A DNA stretch of 64,000 nucleotides from an uncultured candidate division Zixibacteria bacterium (GCA_963713865.1 OY970208.1:1056001-1120000); one strand, 5' to 3'; shown: positions 49,449-60,087, numbered from the stretch's first letter. The notes: generated by a model not told the origin, from the letters alone. A program made the numbers and translations.

Positions 49449-51341
49449 TTGACTGACCGGCTAAGGAATAATCTCTATTCTAAAAATCAATCCGCAGATC
49501 CTGTTTTCTGCCAGAGGGTTATACCCCTGGGAATCTGGGTTTTGGTGGGCACGATTTTGCTTCTCTTGGCCTTTTTCTCTTCCAATCCCTACCTTAGATT
49601 ATCAGGGTTAGGAGTGGTTTTAGGGGGTGGACTTTACCTTTTTTTCTTCAGAGTTTTGGTCTTAGAAAATAGATTTAAAATGATTCAACAGGGAAATCTT
49701 AACCGCTTCACGCTTTTCGAGCGATTAGAAGAGGCGACCTCCTCCTTCCTAGACAGAAAGGACAAGGAAAAGCTTACTTCTTTTTTACTAGATTTTTTCA
49801 GCCATCTTCTTCATACTAAAACCTTTCTTCTTTTTCTGAGAGACGAGAAGGGATATAAGTTATTTGATCTAATCCCTGAAAACGCTGAGATTAAAAAGAA
49901 AACCATAAAAACAGACGAACCATTAATATCCTTTCTCAAAAGACAACCGGATGCTCTGATTTTCGATCTGGGGGAGGAAAACGCAGTAAAGGAACATGAT
50001 AAACGGTGTTTACCATCAGGGCTTAAAGGGGTCGAGCTTAAGTCGGCACTTCCTCTCAAGGCCGGAGATGATCTGATCGGCTTCGTGTTATTTTCCTCAA
50101 ACACGCCTGGATCCCCAGGACCCGGATCCGGAGTCTCGGATGAAAAGCAGAAGCTTTTAAATCTGGTGGCAGGTAGGCTTTTGTGGCTGGAAGGGATCAG
50201 GGGATTAAAGCTCAAGCTCCAGAGGAAAAGGAAAGAATATCTTGATAAATTAAGCCAGGGAAAGATCTCGGATTCCCTGGTCGAGGCCGGGGTCAAGAGA
50301 AAAATCTTCGATCTTCATTCACTTTTTCAATCAGCTAATCAACTCTATCTGTCCCTGGATCAGAACCGGCTGTTTTTCAACTTCACCCAGACTTTGCAGA
50401 GACAGCTTAGCGCCAGGTCGGTTTTGATATTCCTACCCGAGGAAAAGGGGAAGAGTTTGAAGGCAAGGTATTCCAAGGGGGTTGATTTTCTTCAGTACTC
50501 GGAGCTGCGCTTAGAAGAAGAGGATCCCTTGTATGAAAAGTTTAAAGGAGAACAAACTACTTTTTATCTTTACCAGTTAATAGAAGAATTCCAGGGGAAC
50601 GAGCTTTTAGCCCGGACCATTGGTCAAGGGTTTCAGGTCTGTTTCCCCCTGAATCTTTTAGATAACCAGTTAGGCCTGGTTTTCTTGAGTGGAAGAAGTG
50701 AGGGGATCAGATATAAAGAAGAGGACTTTTTAATTTTAAGCTTTTTGAGCGATGTACTTAACGTCAGCCTGAAGAATATCACCCAGTATAAAATATTAGA
50801 GGAGCTTTCTTATACCGATAGTCTAAGCGGTTTATACAACAATCGTTATTTCTGCAAACGTCTGAACGAAGAGATCTTCAGGGCTAAACGTTACCAGAGG
50901 AAATTAGCCCTGGTGATCTTCGATATCGATGAATTCAAAATCTATAACGATTCCTTTGGCCATCAATCCGGTGACCAGATCATAAGACAGTTAGGGGAGC
51001 TGATCGTGAAGGTAGTCAGATCCATCGATGTGGTCTGCCGCTATGGCGGGGATGAGTTCTGCGTAATTATGCCAGAGACCGACCAGGAAGAATGTCTTAA
51101 GTTCATCGAGAGGCTGAGAAAACATATCCTGCACCATTCCTTTAAAAATGAATTCCTCCAGTTAGAACACCACCTGACCTTAAGCGCTGGCGCGGCCATC
51201 TATCCTCAACATGCCCGAACCTCGGAAAGGCTTATCTATTGCGCGGACATGGTTCTGCTTAAGGCTAAAAGTTCAGGGAAGAATAAAGCATTTATGTATA
51301 ACGGTGAGGATGTGAACTTAAAAAGTACAGTTCCGTTTTAA
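49449..51341 (+). CDS. Membrane-anchored GAF-GGDEF diguanylate cyclase
   Basis: Two TM helices, GAF-like regions, TDSLSGLYN, DIDEFK, RSID I-site, intact RYGGDEF. Confidence 0.9.
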   Translation: MTDRLRNNLYSKNQSADPVFCQRVIPLGIWVLVGTILLLLAFFSSNPYLRLSGLGVVLGGGLYLFFFRVLVLENRFKMIQQGNLNRFTLFERLEEATSSFLDRKDKEKLTSFLLDFFSHLLHTKTFLLFLRDEKGYKLFDLIPENAEIKKKTIKTDEPLISFLKRQPDALIFDLGEENAVKEHDKRCLPSGLKGVELKSALPLKAGDDLIGFVLFSSNTPGSPGPGSGVSDEKQKLLNLVAGRLLWLEGIRGLKLKLQRKRKEYLDKLSQGKISDSLVEAGVKRKIFDLHSLFQSANQLYLSLDQNRLFFNFTQTLQRQLSARSVLIFLPEEKGKSLKARYSKGVDFLQYSELRLEEEDPLYEKFKGEQTTFYLYQLIEEFQGNELLARTIGQGFQVCFPLNLLDNQLGLVFLSGRSEGIRYKEEDFLILSFLSDVLNVSLKNITQYKILEELSYTDSLSGLYNNRYFCKRLNEEIFRAKRYQRKLALVIFDIDEFKIYNDSFGHQSGDQIIRQLGELIVKVVRSIDVVCRYGGDEFCVIMPETDQEECLKFIERLRKHILHHSFKNEFLQLEHHLTLSAGAAIYPQHARTSERLIYCADMVLLKAKSSGKNKAFMYNGEDVNLKSTVPF

Positions 51342-51444
51342 CCTGGAGGTATCAGGCATCTTTAATTTTCCCTTTACATCCCTATAATTTTCCGTATATT
51401 ATTTCGAAACTTTTGGGTAGAAAGAAAAAAAACAGGAGAGGGTT

Positions 51445-52419
51445 ATGTTTTATAGAAGAAAATACAAAATTAAGATGATTTTCCTGCTGGGTCTTTTCCT
51501 GAGCATAGGGGTTTTATCTTTTTCTCAGGAATACAAAATTGGACCAGAGGATCTTATGAACATAAGTTTCTGGCAGCAGCCGGATTTGAATAGCGTGGTT
51601 AAGGTCAGGCAGGATGGTAAAATCTCTCTTCCGGTTATCGGTGAGATAATAGCAGCCGGGTTAACCCCAGCCGAGCTTTCCAAAAAAGTAGTTGAGAAAA
51701 TTTCCTTCTACAATAAAAGTATCTCCCAGGCTACGGTGGTGATAACGGAATATAACAGTCAGAAAGTCTTTGTTCAGGGACAGGTAAATCATCCAGGCAA
51801 ATACAGTTTTGAATCGATTCCAAATCTATGGGAGGTTATCAGAGAAGCTGGAGGTCCAGCTGAGGGTGCGGATCTAAGCGCGGTAAAGATTATTCGTGGA
51901 GGGGAGGAATCAGGCAAGATTTTGTGGGTAAACTTGGCGGAGATGCTGAAAAAGGGTGATTTTTCCAAACTGCCCAAGCTGAAAGTCGGGGATACGATAG
52001 AAATACCCAGGTCGATTTTGAGCTTTGGAGTTGAAGGGGCTGCTCCGAGCTACACCGGTAGAAATATCTACTACATTTATGGACAGGTCCAAAAGCCTGG
52101 CGTTTTTCCCTTAGAGTCCGAGATAGACCTGTTAGATGCTATTGTCCTGGCTGGAGGTCCTACCCAGAATGCTGATCTGAAAAAGGTTAAGGTTTTGATC
52201 AAAGGGTCGGTTTACTCCAGTGTAGTTGAGGTCAACCTGGATAACTTTGGTTCCAGAGGTAAGCCCTCTCGCTTACAGATTCATCCGGAGGACACTATAA
52301 TTCTGCCAGACAGGAGAGGTGGATTTTTTGCCAGGATCTGGAATTTTGGCCGGGAGATTATTCCCCTGTCCACGGCCATCATCAGCCTTTATCTTTTAGT
52401 AGATAGGCTTGAACAGTAA
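51445..52419 (+). CDS. Polysaccharide export protein (Wza/SLBB family)
   Basis: YKIGPEDL, VRQDGKISLPVIGEI.AAGLT; two SLBB domains. Confidence 0.9.
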   Translation: MFYRRKYKIKMIFLLGLFLSIGVLSFSQEYKIGPEDLMNISFWQQPDLNSVVKVRQDGKISLPVIGEIIAAGLTPAELSKKVVEKISFYNKSISQATVVITEYNSQKVFVQGQVNHPGKYSFESIPNLWEVIREAGGPAEGADLSAVKIIRGGEESGKILWVNLAEMLKKGDFSKLPKLKVGDTIEIPRSILSFGVEGAAPSYTGRNIYYIYGQVQKPGVFPLESEIDLLDAIVLAGGPTQNADLKKVKVLIKGSVYSSVVEVNLDNFGSRGKPSRLQIHPEDTIILPDRRGGFFARIWNFGREIIPLSTAIISLYLLVDRLEQ

Positions 52420-52434
52420 GGGGTAAAAGATCAG

Positions 52435-53964
52435 ATGAGCTCAATTCAAAAAAAAGAATTTGACCTGAGGGAATACTGGAAACTATTGCTCAGGAAAAGA
52501 TGGTTACTTATCATTCCCTTTTTTACCGTTACCCTAGTCAGTTTCTCAGGCAGCTTCCTTCTTCCCCGTCAATACAAATCCTCCACCACAGTGCTGATCA
52601 GCGAGAGTCGACTTCTAACCAGACCCTTAGAGAATTTAGTTCCCGGAGTAACCCCGGGCCGCAGTTCTCAAGAGGAAAGAGGACAGAGGTTAGCCACTAT
52701 AACCAACCAGATAATCTCTACTGGTTTCTTGAAAAGGTTAATCTATAACCTGAACTTGAACCAGAATCCTCAGGCGACAGGTGAAGCCCGAAAGGTTAAA
52801 TCAAAATTCCCAGAGATAAGCGAAGAAGAATTAGTTGAGAAGATTTTGATCGAGGATTTAAGGAAAAAAATCAGTGTTGGTTTCAAGGGTGAGAACTTAG
52901 TGGAGATAACGGTCTATTCAGATAAGCCTAAGTTGGCAGCAGATATGGCTAAGAATCTGGCACAGATTTTCATAGATGAAAGCTTAAGATATGAGCTTTT
53001 GGGAGTCAGGGGTGCTTTAGATTTCTCGGACGAGCAGTTAGCCATTTATAAGAAGAGATTGGAAGAAGCCGAGAATCGGTTAAGAGAATATAAAGAGAAA
53101 ACTCTCAAGAACAATGTGGATCAGAACATCTCCTCAGACACGAATGTATGGGTTATCGTTTCGGGTATCGATGCCACCAAATTGGAGATTAAAGAGCTGG
53201 AGGACCAAAACAGCTTCTTAAAAGATAAGCTAAGCGGGTTAAAGGCTTCGAATTTGAGCTTACCGGTTTCGGATAAACTGAAGAGTTTAAAGGGCCAGCT
53301 GTTTTCCTCAGTGAATGAGTATGTTCCTCTTCTGACTAAATATTCCTGGAGAGATGCCAAGGTCCTTACTCTTACCGAGAAGACCAAAACATATCTGGAC
53401 CAGATAGAGGAGGAGATCAAAACCATTTCTCAATCTCAGAAGGGGAAGCTAAGTTCGGATATTTTAGCCCTTTTAGAAAGTTATACTATCAACGATATCA
53501 ATCTGGATTTCTTAAGAGAAAAGCTCAGGGTGTTGAACCAGGCAGTTGAAGGGGTAAAAGGGGTAATTGCCCGTACCCCTTATCAGGAGCAGACCTTAAG
53601 AAATTTACAACAGGATGTGGAAACCTATAGAGGGATTTATGAGATGTTCGTCTCTCAATCACAGGGTTCCCAGATATCCCAGCAGGTTCAGCAAGCAGAA
53701 GCACAGAACAGATTCAGGGTTATAGAGCCAGCTAGTATCCCTCTTAGCCCAGTTAAGCCCAATCGGGTTAAAATCACATTGTTAGGTTGTCTTTTAGGTT
53801 TGGCCATAGGCGGCGGTAGTGTCATCTTGTCTGAGTTCTTTGACACTTCCTTCAAGAAGGTTGAAGAGGTAGAGGAATATTTAGACTTAAAGGTTTTAGG
53901 TACAGTTCCCCGGATAGAGCATCTGGAAAAATTAAATCTGAACAAGAGGAGAACTTTAAGATAA
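52435..53964 (+). CDS. Polysaccharide chain-length determinant (Wzz/GumC, Wzc membrane part)
   Basis: FDLREYW..LLRKRW, coiled coil, PA..PLSPVKPNR and a second TM helix. Confidence 0.88.
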   Translation: MSSIQKKEFDLREYWKLLLRKRWLLIIPFFTVTLVSFSGSFLLPRQYKSSTTVLISESRLLTRPLENLVPGVTPGRSSQEERGQRLATITNQIISTGFLKRLIYNLNLNQNPQATGEARKVKSKFPEISEEELVEKILIEDLRKKISVGFKGENLVEITVYSDKPKLAADMAKNLAQIFIDESLRYELLGVRGALDFSDEQLAIYKKRLEEAENRLREYKEKTLKNNVDQNISSDTNVWVIVSGIDATKLEIKELEDQNSFLKDKLSGLKASNLSLPVSDKLKSLKGQLFSSVNEYVPLLTKYSWRDAKVLTLTEKTKTYLDQIEEEIKTISQSQKGKLSSDILALLESYTINDINLDFLREKLRVLNQAVEGVKGVIARTPYQEQTLRNLQQDVETYRGIYEMFVSQSQGSQISQQVQQAEAQNRFRVIEPASIPLSPVKPNRVKITLLGCLLGLAIGGGSVILSEFFDTSFKKVEEVEEYLDLKVLGTVPRIEHLEKLNLNKRRTLR

Positions 53965-53982
53965 AGGTTTATTTGAACGGTC

Positions 53983-54699
53983 ATGAAAAGTAAAAGAAAG
54001 CAGGCTGGAAATATTCTGGACTTTTATGAGAGGGAATCTCCAATCTCCACAGAGTTCAGGAGGATATATTCGAATCTGAAATATTATACCAAAGGAGAGG
54101 AGTTAAAAACTATCCTTATCACCAGTCCGGCACTGGGCGAAGGGAAAAGCACTTTAGCAAGCTTTTTAGCCATCGAAGTTTCACACCGTCATAATAAAAA
54201 AGTTATACTTATAGATTGTGATCTGAGAAGACCGAATATTCATAACCTTTTTGCCTTAGATCAGGGGAAGGGTCTTTCTGAGCTTTTACAGGGGGAGATT
54301 AATTTCCAGGATTGTTTGCATTCGACATCTTTAGAGAATTTAAAAATTATGACCAGCGGTCAGGAAATCCAGAATTCATCAGAGCTTTTAGATACTCCTT
54401 ATTTTAGAGAAGTGATAGCAGAGGCAAAGCTTTTTTCGGATCTGGTTATTGTTGACTGTGCTCCGGTTATCCCGGTAAGCGATCCTCTGATCATAGGACC
54501 TCTAATGGATGGGGCGATTTTAGTGTTAAAAGCCGGGTTCACCCAGAGGGAGGTGGGGAAAAGAGCAGTTGAGATTTTGAGGAATGCACAGGTAAGATTA
54601 CTCGGAGTGCTGATGAATAATATGAAGGAGATTTTGCCCTATTATTACAGTTATAAATATTATGGATATGAATATGGTCATCCCAAGAAAAGAAAGTAA
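53983..54699 (+). CDS. CpsD/CapB BY-kinase
   Basis: EFRRIYSN, GEGKST, IDCDLRRP, DCAP, Tyr-cluster tail YYYSYKYYGYEY. Confidence 0.92.
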   Translation: MKSKRKQAGNILDFYERESPISTEFRRIYSNLKYYTKGEELKTILITSPALGEGKSTLASFLAIEVSHRHNKKVILIDCDLRRPNIHNLFALDQGKGLSELLQGEINFQDCLHSTSLENLKIMTSGQEIQNSSELLDTPYFREVIAEAKLFSDLVIVDCAPVIPVSDPLIIGPLMDGAILVLKAGFTQREVGKRAVEILRNAQVRLLGVLMNNMKEILPYYYSYKYYGYEYGHPKKRK

Positions 54700-54713
54700 T
54701 TTTTTTTGTCGGT

Positions 54714-55553
54714 ATGAAGGTAAAAAATATTCTGAGCATAGATGTAGAGGAATGGTTTCAGGTAGAAAACCTCAAAGAGGTGATCCCCTTTCAGGGATGG
54801 ACCTATTGTGAGAAGAGGTTACCTTTTAACCTCTCTGAGATTTTAATCCTTTTAGAGGAAAGGAAAGTTAAAGCTACTTTTTTTATCCTGGGCTGGATCG
54901 CAGAACGTTATCCAGAGATAATAAAGAGGATTCATAATGAAGGGCATGAGATAGGCTCCCATGGCTATTCTCACAGTTTGGTTTTCACCCAGACTGAAAA
55001 AGAGTTCAGAGAAGATGTCAAAAAATCGTTAGAGATCATAGAAAAGCTTATTGGAGAACCGGTTTGGGGATATAGAGCCCCTTCCTTTTCGATCAACCAG
55101 AGTTGCTTCTGGGCTTTTGAGGTTCTATCTGAATTGGGAATCAGATACGATTCCAGCATCTTTCCGATAAAACATCCTCAGTATGGTATACCCTCAGCTC
55201 CTCGCTTCCCTTTTAACCTGGAACTAAAAAACGGGAAGAAGTTGAAAGAATTCCCCCTATCCACGGTCAGGCTTTTAGGTTTAAACCTTCCAGTAGCAGG
55301 TGGAGCTTATTTACGAATCTTCCCTTACTGGTATAACAGATGGGGGATAAGACGCTTGAACTCAGAGGGGAGCGGAGCGGTGGTCTATTTTCATCCCTGG
55401 GAAATAGACCCGGATCAACCCAGGGAAAATATCAGCTTTTTTAAAAGATTCAGACATTATACTAATCTGGATTTGATGAAGGCTAAGATAAAAAAACTGC
55501 TTAAAGATTTCGAGTTCACCTCTTTTTCCCTTTCAGGAGCCTTAGATGATTAA
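54714..55553 (+). CDS. Polysaccharide deacetylase, PEP-CTERM/XrtA-locus type (DUF3473)
   Basis: SIDVEEWFQ, ATFFILG, HEIGSHGYSH, GYRAPSFS, AGGAYLR, YFHPWEIDPDQPR. Confidence 0.9.
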   Translation: MKVKNILSIDVEEWFQVENLKEVIPFQGWTYCEKRLPFNLSEILILLEERKVKATFFILGWIAERYPEIIKRIHNEGHEIGSHGYSHSLVFTQTEKEFREDVKKSLEIIEKLIGEPVWGYRAPSFSINQSCFWAFEVLSELGIRYDSSIFPIKHPQYGIPSAPRFPFNLELKNGKKLKEFPLSTVRLLGLNLPVAGGAYLRIFPYWYNRWGIRRLNSEGSGAVVYFHPWEIDPDQPRENISFFKRFRHYTNLDLMKAKIKKLLKDFEFTSFSLSGALDD

Positions 55554-56415
55554 AGCCTTAATCCTTTCTATGCGACCCCACCAATGGGTGAAAAATTCTG
55601 TGCTCTTTGCCGGACTGATCTTTTCTTTTAATCTTTTTCAACTAAATTTTTTCTTGAAGACGTTAGTAGCTTTTATTCTCTTCTGTTTTTTGACGAGTGG
55701 ACTCTATATCCTTAATGATATCATAGACCTGAAAAGCGATAGAGCTCACCCTTTGAAAAGCAAAAGACCTATTGCTTCAGGGGAATTTAAACCCTCTATT
55801 GCCATTTTTTTCTCTATCCTTTTTATCATTTTATCTCTTATTTTATCATTTTATCTTAACCAGATTTTTGGTCTAGTCTCCATCGTCTATCTTATTTTGA
55901 ATTTTCTTTACTCCAAGTACCTGAAAAATATGGTGATCTTAGATGTTATGGCTATCTCTTTGGGCTTTGTCCTTAGAGCTGTGGCTGGAGCGGTGGTAAT
56001 AAATGTAGAGATCTCTTCCTGGCTGATCGTTTGTACCACCCTTTTAGCTTTATTTTTAAGTTTTGGTAAAAGAAGGCACGAGATAGTCCTTTTAGAGAAT
56101 AAGGCAGAGGAGCACAGGAGAAGCTTAGCTGAATATAGTCCCTATTTCTTAGACCAGCTCATCTCCGTGGTGACTGCATCCACAGTTGTGGCTTATGCTT
56201 TCTATACCCTTTCTCCGGAAGTAGAGGCAAAGTTAGGCACGACTCATATGGCTTTGACTATCCCGTTTGTGCTCTACGGGGTTTTCAGATACCTTTACTT
56301 AATTCATCAGAAAGAAAAAGGGGGTAGCCCTACCTGGGTTCTTCTTACGGATAAACCTTTAATAATCGATATTCTGCTCTGGTTTTTTTCGGTGATTTTA
56401 ATCGTATATTTATAA
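55546..56415 (+). CDS. UbiA-family polyprenyl-phosphate phosphoribosyltransferase
   Basis: RPHQWVKN, NDIIDLKSDRAHPLK.KRPIASG, GKRRHE. Confidence 0.88.
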   Translation: MIKALILSMRPHQWVKNSVLFAGLIFSFNLFQLNFFLKTLVAFILFCFLTSGLYILNDIIDLKSDRAHPLKSKRPIASGEFKPSIAIFFSILFIILSLILSFYLNQIFGLVSIVYLILNFLYSKYLKNMVILDVMAISLGFVLRAVAGAVVINVEISSWLIVCTTLLALFLSFGKRRHEIVLLENKAEEHRRSLAEYSPYFLDQLISVVTASTVVAYAFYTLSPEVEAKLGTTHMALTIPFVLYGVFRYLYLIHQKEKGGSPTWVLLTDKPLIIDILLWFFSVILIVYL

Positions 56416-56431
56416 GAAGTAAGGAGAAATT

Positions 56432-57508
56432 ATGCCTGGCTCAAAAGTAGCGGTATTAAAGACCAGTGTAGGAAATATCTTAAAAGATTACCAAAAGCTT
56501 CTGCGTCTATTAGATTACCAGAAAGGTTTCTCCCAGGAAAAAGATAGTTTAATCAAACTCAATTTGTCCTGGACTAAATATTTTCCTGCCTGTTCAACCC
56601 AGCCCTGGCAATTAGAAGGGGTTGTCAAGACTTTAATTGAAGACGGGTTCAAAAAGGAAAGACTTTTTCCAGTAGAAAATAAAACCGTGGTGACAAACCC
56701 ACTTAAAGGGGCGAAAAATAACCGCTGGCTTCCGGTTCTGGAAAAGTACGGGCTAAAGTTTATCCCTTTACCTGAAGTTGAATGGGTGAAATATGAATTT
56801 AAAGAGAAGCTCTTGAGGTTAAACCAGATTTTTCCAGAAGGGATTGAGATCCCCAAACTTTTCATCGGAAAACAGATCATTCATCTTCCCACTTTAAAGA
56901 CCCATGGTCATTCGATAACCACCGGAGCAGTTAAAAATGCCTTTGGCGGGCTTCTAAAAGAGGTCAGGCATTATGCGCATAAATATATCCATGAGGTTTT
57001 GGTGGATTTGATGATTATGCAAAAAGAACTTCATCCGGGTATTTTAGCAGTAATGGATGGAACGGTGTGCGGGAATGGAGCAGGACCCCGGACCATGCAT
57101 CCGGTGATAAAAAATTATATTTTAGCCTCAAATGATTCTGTGGCTTTAGATGCGATTGCCGCCAGAATGATGGGATTTGACCCCCTGCAGATAACCTATA
57201 TAAAGCTCTCCCAGGAAAAAGGATTGGGAATCGGTGATCCACGAGAGATCGATATTATAGGAGAGGATATCTCCGAGATAAATTTCGGATTTAAAACCAG
57301 AAAAAGCCTGGTCATCTGGGGGGATCAGATGTTAAGATTAGGACCTTTGAGATTTCTGGAAAAGGTTGCTTTAAAATCACCTTTAGTCTTCTGGGCTCCT
57401 ATGGCTTCCAATCTCTATCATGATTACTTCTGGTATCCCCTGATCGGCAGAGTAAGAATTAATCGTTTCAAGAAGACCGATTGGGGTAAGTTGTTTGAAA
57501 GGTATTAA
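56432..57508 (+). CDS. DUF362 domain protein
   Basis: IKLNL, LPTLKTH, TGAVKNAFG, DGTVCGNGAGP, DSVALD. Confidence 0.8.
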   Translation: MPGSKVAVLKTSVGNILKDYQKLLRLLDYQKGFSQEKDSLIKLNLSWTKYFPACSTQPWQLEGVVKTLIEDGFKKERLFPVENKTVVTNPLKGAKNNRWLPVLEKYGLKFIPLPEVEWVKYEFKEKLLRLNQIFPEGIEIPKLFIGKQIIHLPTLKTHGHSITTGAVKNAFGGLLKEVRHYAHKYIHEVLVDLMIMQKELHPGILAVMDGTVCGNGAGPRTMHPVIKNYILASNDSVALDAIAARMMGFDPLQITYIKLSQEKGLGIGDPREIDIIGEDISEINFGFKTRKSLVIWGDQMLRLGPLRFLEKVALKSPLVFWAPMASNLYHDYFWYPLIGRVRINRFKKTDWGKLFERY

Positions 57509-57580
57509 AATATACTTTTAGATAACGATTTTAAATACGTTCCTTCAGATTTTTATCTTCGATTAAATCTATAAATTCAG

Positions 57581-58366
57581 ATGATAGAAGATAAAAGAGT
57601 TTTAGTGGCAATCCTTAATAACCGAAGAGATTTTAAGTTTGCCAGGGAGGAGCACTGGTACAGGATTCCGGTTAAAACTGCACCCAGGAGATGGAAGGCG
57701 GACTATTTAGCATTTTATCAAACCAAGGTTTTTGAAAAAGAGAAATGGGCTATAAATTATTATGCTGAAATCAAGGGATTCGAGAAATCAAAAAGGATTG
57801 AGCTTCTGCCTGAGGAAAAAGATCATCCCAGAGCTTTAGAGGATTATTATAAGGTTTTACTTGGCGAGTTAATCCCTTTAGCTAAACCGGTTATGAGTCG
57901 TAGATGGCGAAGAATCACCTTTATCTCTACCACCTTAGATCATTTAAAAAAAGCTGAAGAGATAAATGATCTTTTTATGGAAAGCCCTCTGGAGGAAAAG
58001 CTCTGGTACGAGATGAAGAAAAAGAGTATAGATGGGGAAAGACAATATCTGATTGGTGAAGGAAAAACAAAATATTGTCTGGATTTCGCTATATTCTGTC
58101 AAAAGGGGAAAATAGATGTGGAGTGTAATGGCGATCTCTGGCACTCTCAAAAGAACTTTATCCTTAAGGATAATCAAAGGAATAACTACCTTGCCAGTCA
58201 GGGCTGGTCAGTTTTAAGGTTCGGGAGTAAGAAAATAAACAAGAAATTACAAATCTGTTTAGAGGTGATAAAAGAGAATGTTAATAGAATGGGTGGGATA
58301 AAAAGCCAGAAAAGCATCAGAAAGTCTTTAGAGAAAGAGGCTATAGAGCAGTTGGAACTTCTCTAA
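57581..58366 (+). CDS. DUF559/Vsr-like endonuclease with an extra N-terminal domain
   Basis: ESPLEEKLW, LDFAI, VECNG..WH, DNQRNNYL...GWSVLRF; N-terminal WYRIP...YLAFYQ domain. Confidence 0.8.
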   Translation: MIEDKRVLVAILNNRRDFKFAREEHWYRIPVKTAPRRWKADYLAFYQTKVFEKEKWAINYYAEIKGFEKSKRIELLPEEKDHPRALEDYYKVLLGELIPLAKPVMSRRWRRITFISTTLDHLKKAEEINDLFMESPLEEKLWYEMKKKSIDGERQYLIGEGKTKYCLDFAIFCQKGKIDVECNGDLWHSQKNFILKDNQRNNYLASQGWSVLRFGSKKINKKLQICLEVIKENVNRMGGIKSQKSIRKSLEKEAIEQLELL

Positions 58367-58492
58367 TGAGATAGAGAGTTTACCTCTTGAATATATTATA
58401 GATAAAATAGTGATAAAATCCATCAGAGGTGGATTTTATCCCGACTGAACCAATCAGGTATTCTTTAAAAATTCCGATACTTATATGTGACT

Positions 58493-59305
58493 ATGAGTAC
58501 CTATTATCGATCTTATAATCTGGGATGGGGAGGGGGGGTGCCCAGGGGTGTAAAAACACTTCTTCTGGCAAATGGAGCGATATTTTTAGCTCAGTATCTG
58601 ATAGGGAATAAACTCGTCTTTTTATTCGGGCTTACCCCAGCTCTGGTTAAGGAAGGGTATGTCTGGCAGGTATTCACCTATATGTTTTTGCACGGGGGTC
58701 TTTTTCATATCCTGTTCAATATGTTTGCCCTTTTCATCTTTGGAGCAGATATCGAGAGGACTTGGGGGACAAAGGAGTTCGTTAAATATTATTTCATAAC
58801 CGGGATCGGGGCAGGGGTAGCAAGTTTCCTTTTATCCTTCAACTCCTCTGCCACCATAGGGGCTTCCGGAGCCATCTTCGGGCTTTTAGTTGCTTTTGCT
58901 CTTATGTTTCCGGAAAGGATTATCTATCTTTATTTTCTTTTTCCCATCAAAGCTAAATATCTGGCTTTAATTTTCGGGGGGATCGAGCTTTTAGCCTCCT
59001 TTCGCTATACCGGGGACGGGATCGGTCATTTTGCCCATTTAGGAGGGATGGTGGTAGGATATATTTATCTTAAAGCGGACTGGAGAATTAAAAGCTTTTT
59101 CCGATTTATATTTAATACAGGTTCCCGCTGGAGAGAGAAATCTTCTGAGAAAAAAAAGGAACGACATGATGAGCTGATGCAAAGGGTGGACCAGATACTG
59201 GACAAGATCAATCAAGTCGGTTATCAGAATTTGACTAAAGAGGAAAAGAAGGTCCTGGAGGAAGCCAGCCAGATATTGTCAGAGGAAAAGAAGGAGTATA
59301 AATAG
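58493..59305 (+). CDS. Rhomboid intramembrane serine protease
   Basis: WQVFTYMFLHG, HILFNM, GASGA, AHLGG; C-terminal VDQILDKI tail. Confidence 0.92.
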   Translation: MSTYYRSYNLGWGGGVPRGVKTLLLANGAIFLAQYLIGNKLVFLFGLTPALVKEGYVWQVFTYMFLHGGLFHILFNMFALFIFGADIERTWGTKEFVKYYFITGIGAGVASFLLSFNSSATIGASGAIFGLLVAFALMFPERIIYLYFLFPIKAKYLALIFGGIELLASFRYTGDGIGHFAHLGGMVVGYIYLKADWRIKSFFRFIFNTGSRWREKSSEKKKERHDELMQRVDQILDKINQVGYQNLTKEEKKVLEEASQILSEEKKEYK

Positions 59306-59316
59306 GGAGGGTTTTT

Positions 59317-60087
59317 ATGCCCAATAAAGTGTTGATAGCAGATGATAGCCAAACCATACGCAGCGTAGCTGAATTTTTACTCCGACAAAAAGGTTATGAG
59401 GTAATCCTGGCACAGGATGGAGAGGAGGCTTTAGACCTGATAAAGAAAACATCTCCGGATCTGGTGCTTTTAGATAATTCTATGCCTAAGATAGATGGAT
59501 TTACCCTCTGTTTGGAGCTTAAAAAAGATTATGATTTAAAGAAGATTCCAGTGGTTATGCTGCTAAATTCCAGAGAGTGGATTAATCAGGAAGGATTTCA
59601 AAACTCAGCATGTGAGGGTTATATCCTCAAGCCCTTTTCCCCCAGAGAATTTTTAGAGAAGGTGGGGGAGTTTTTCAAAAAAGAGGAACCCCCGGGAAAA
59701 ACTCTAGAGGGTAAAAGTTCAGAATTTGAGGAAATAAAAGAGCCAGAAGATTTTCTTTCTGTTCTCAAAGCCGAGGAAGAAGAAAGGCTGGAGGAGAAGA
59801 TAACCAAACCAAATCCAGAGGGAGGGGACAGCTACGAAAGATTTGTCTCCGAGTTTAAAAAGGAGATGGAGGGACTGGAAAAAGACGAGCCAGTGGTTTA
59901 TCGTGAAATGAAATTGGAAAGCCCAGAGGAGAAAGAAGAAGAGGGGTTTAAAGGTCTGGATTATGAAAAGCTTACCTCAAGAATTGTGAAAGAGGTTTCA
60001 ACCATAGTAGCAGAGAAAATAGCAGAGAAGATCGATTCTGAAGAAATAGAACAAATGATAAAAGAAAAGATCAAGGAACTGGTTTAA
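59317..60087 (+). CDS. Response regulator receiver protein with acidic C-terminal region
   Basis: IADD, LLDNSMP, KPF; no recognisable DNA-binding output domain. Confidence 0.85.
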   Translation: MPNKVLIADDSQTIRSVAEFLLRQKGYEVILAQDGEEALDLIKKTSPDLVLLDNSMPKIDGFTLCLELKKDYDLKKIPVVMLLNSREWINQEGFQNSACEGYILKPFSPREFLEKVGEFFKKEEPPGKTLEGKSSEFEEIKEPEDFLSVLKAEEEERLEEKITKPNPEGGDSYERFVSEFKKEMEGLEKDEPVVYREMKLESPEEKEEEGFKGLDYEKLTSRIVKEVSTIVAEKIAEKIDSEEIEQMIKEKIKELV

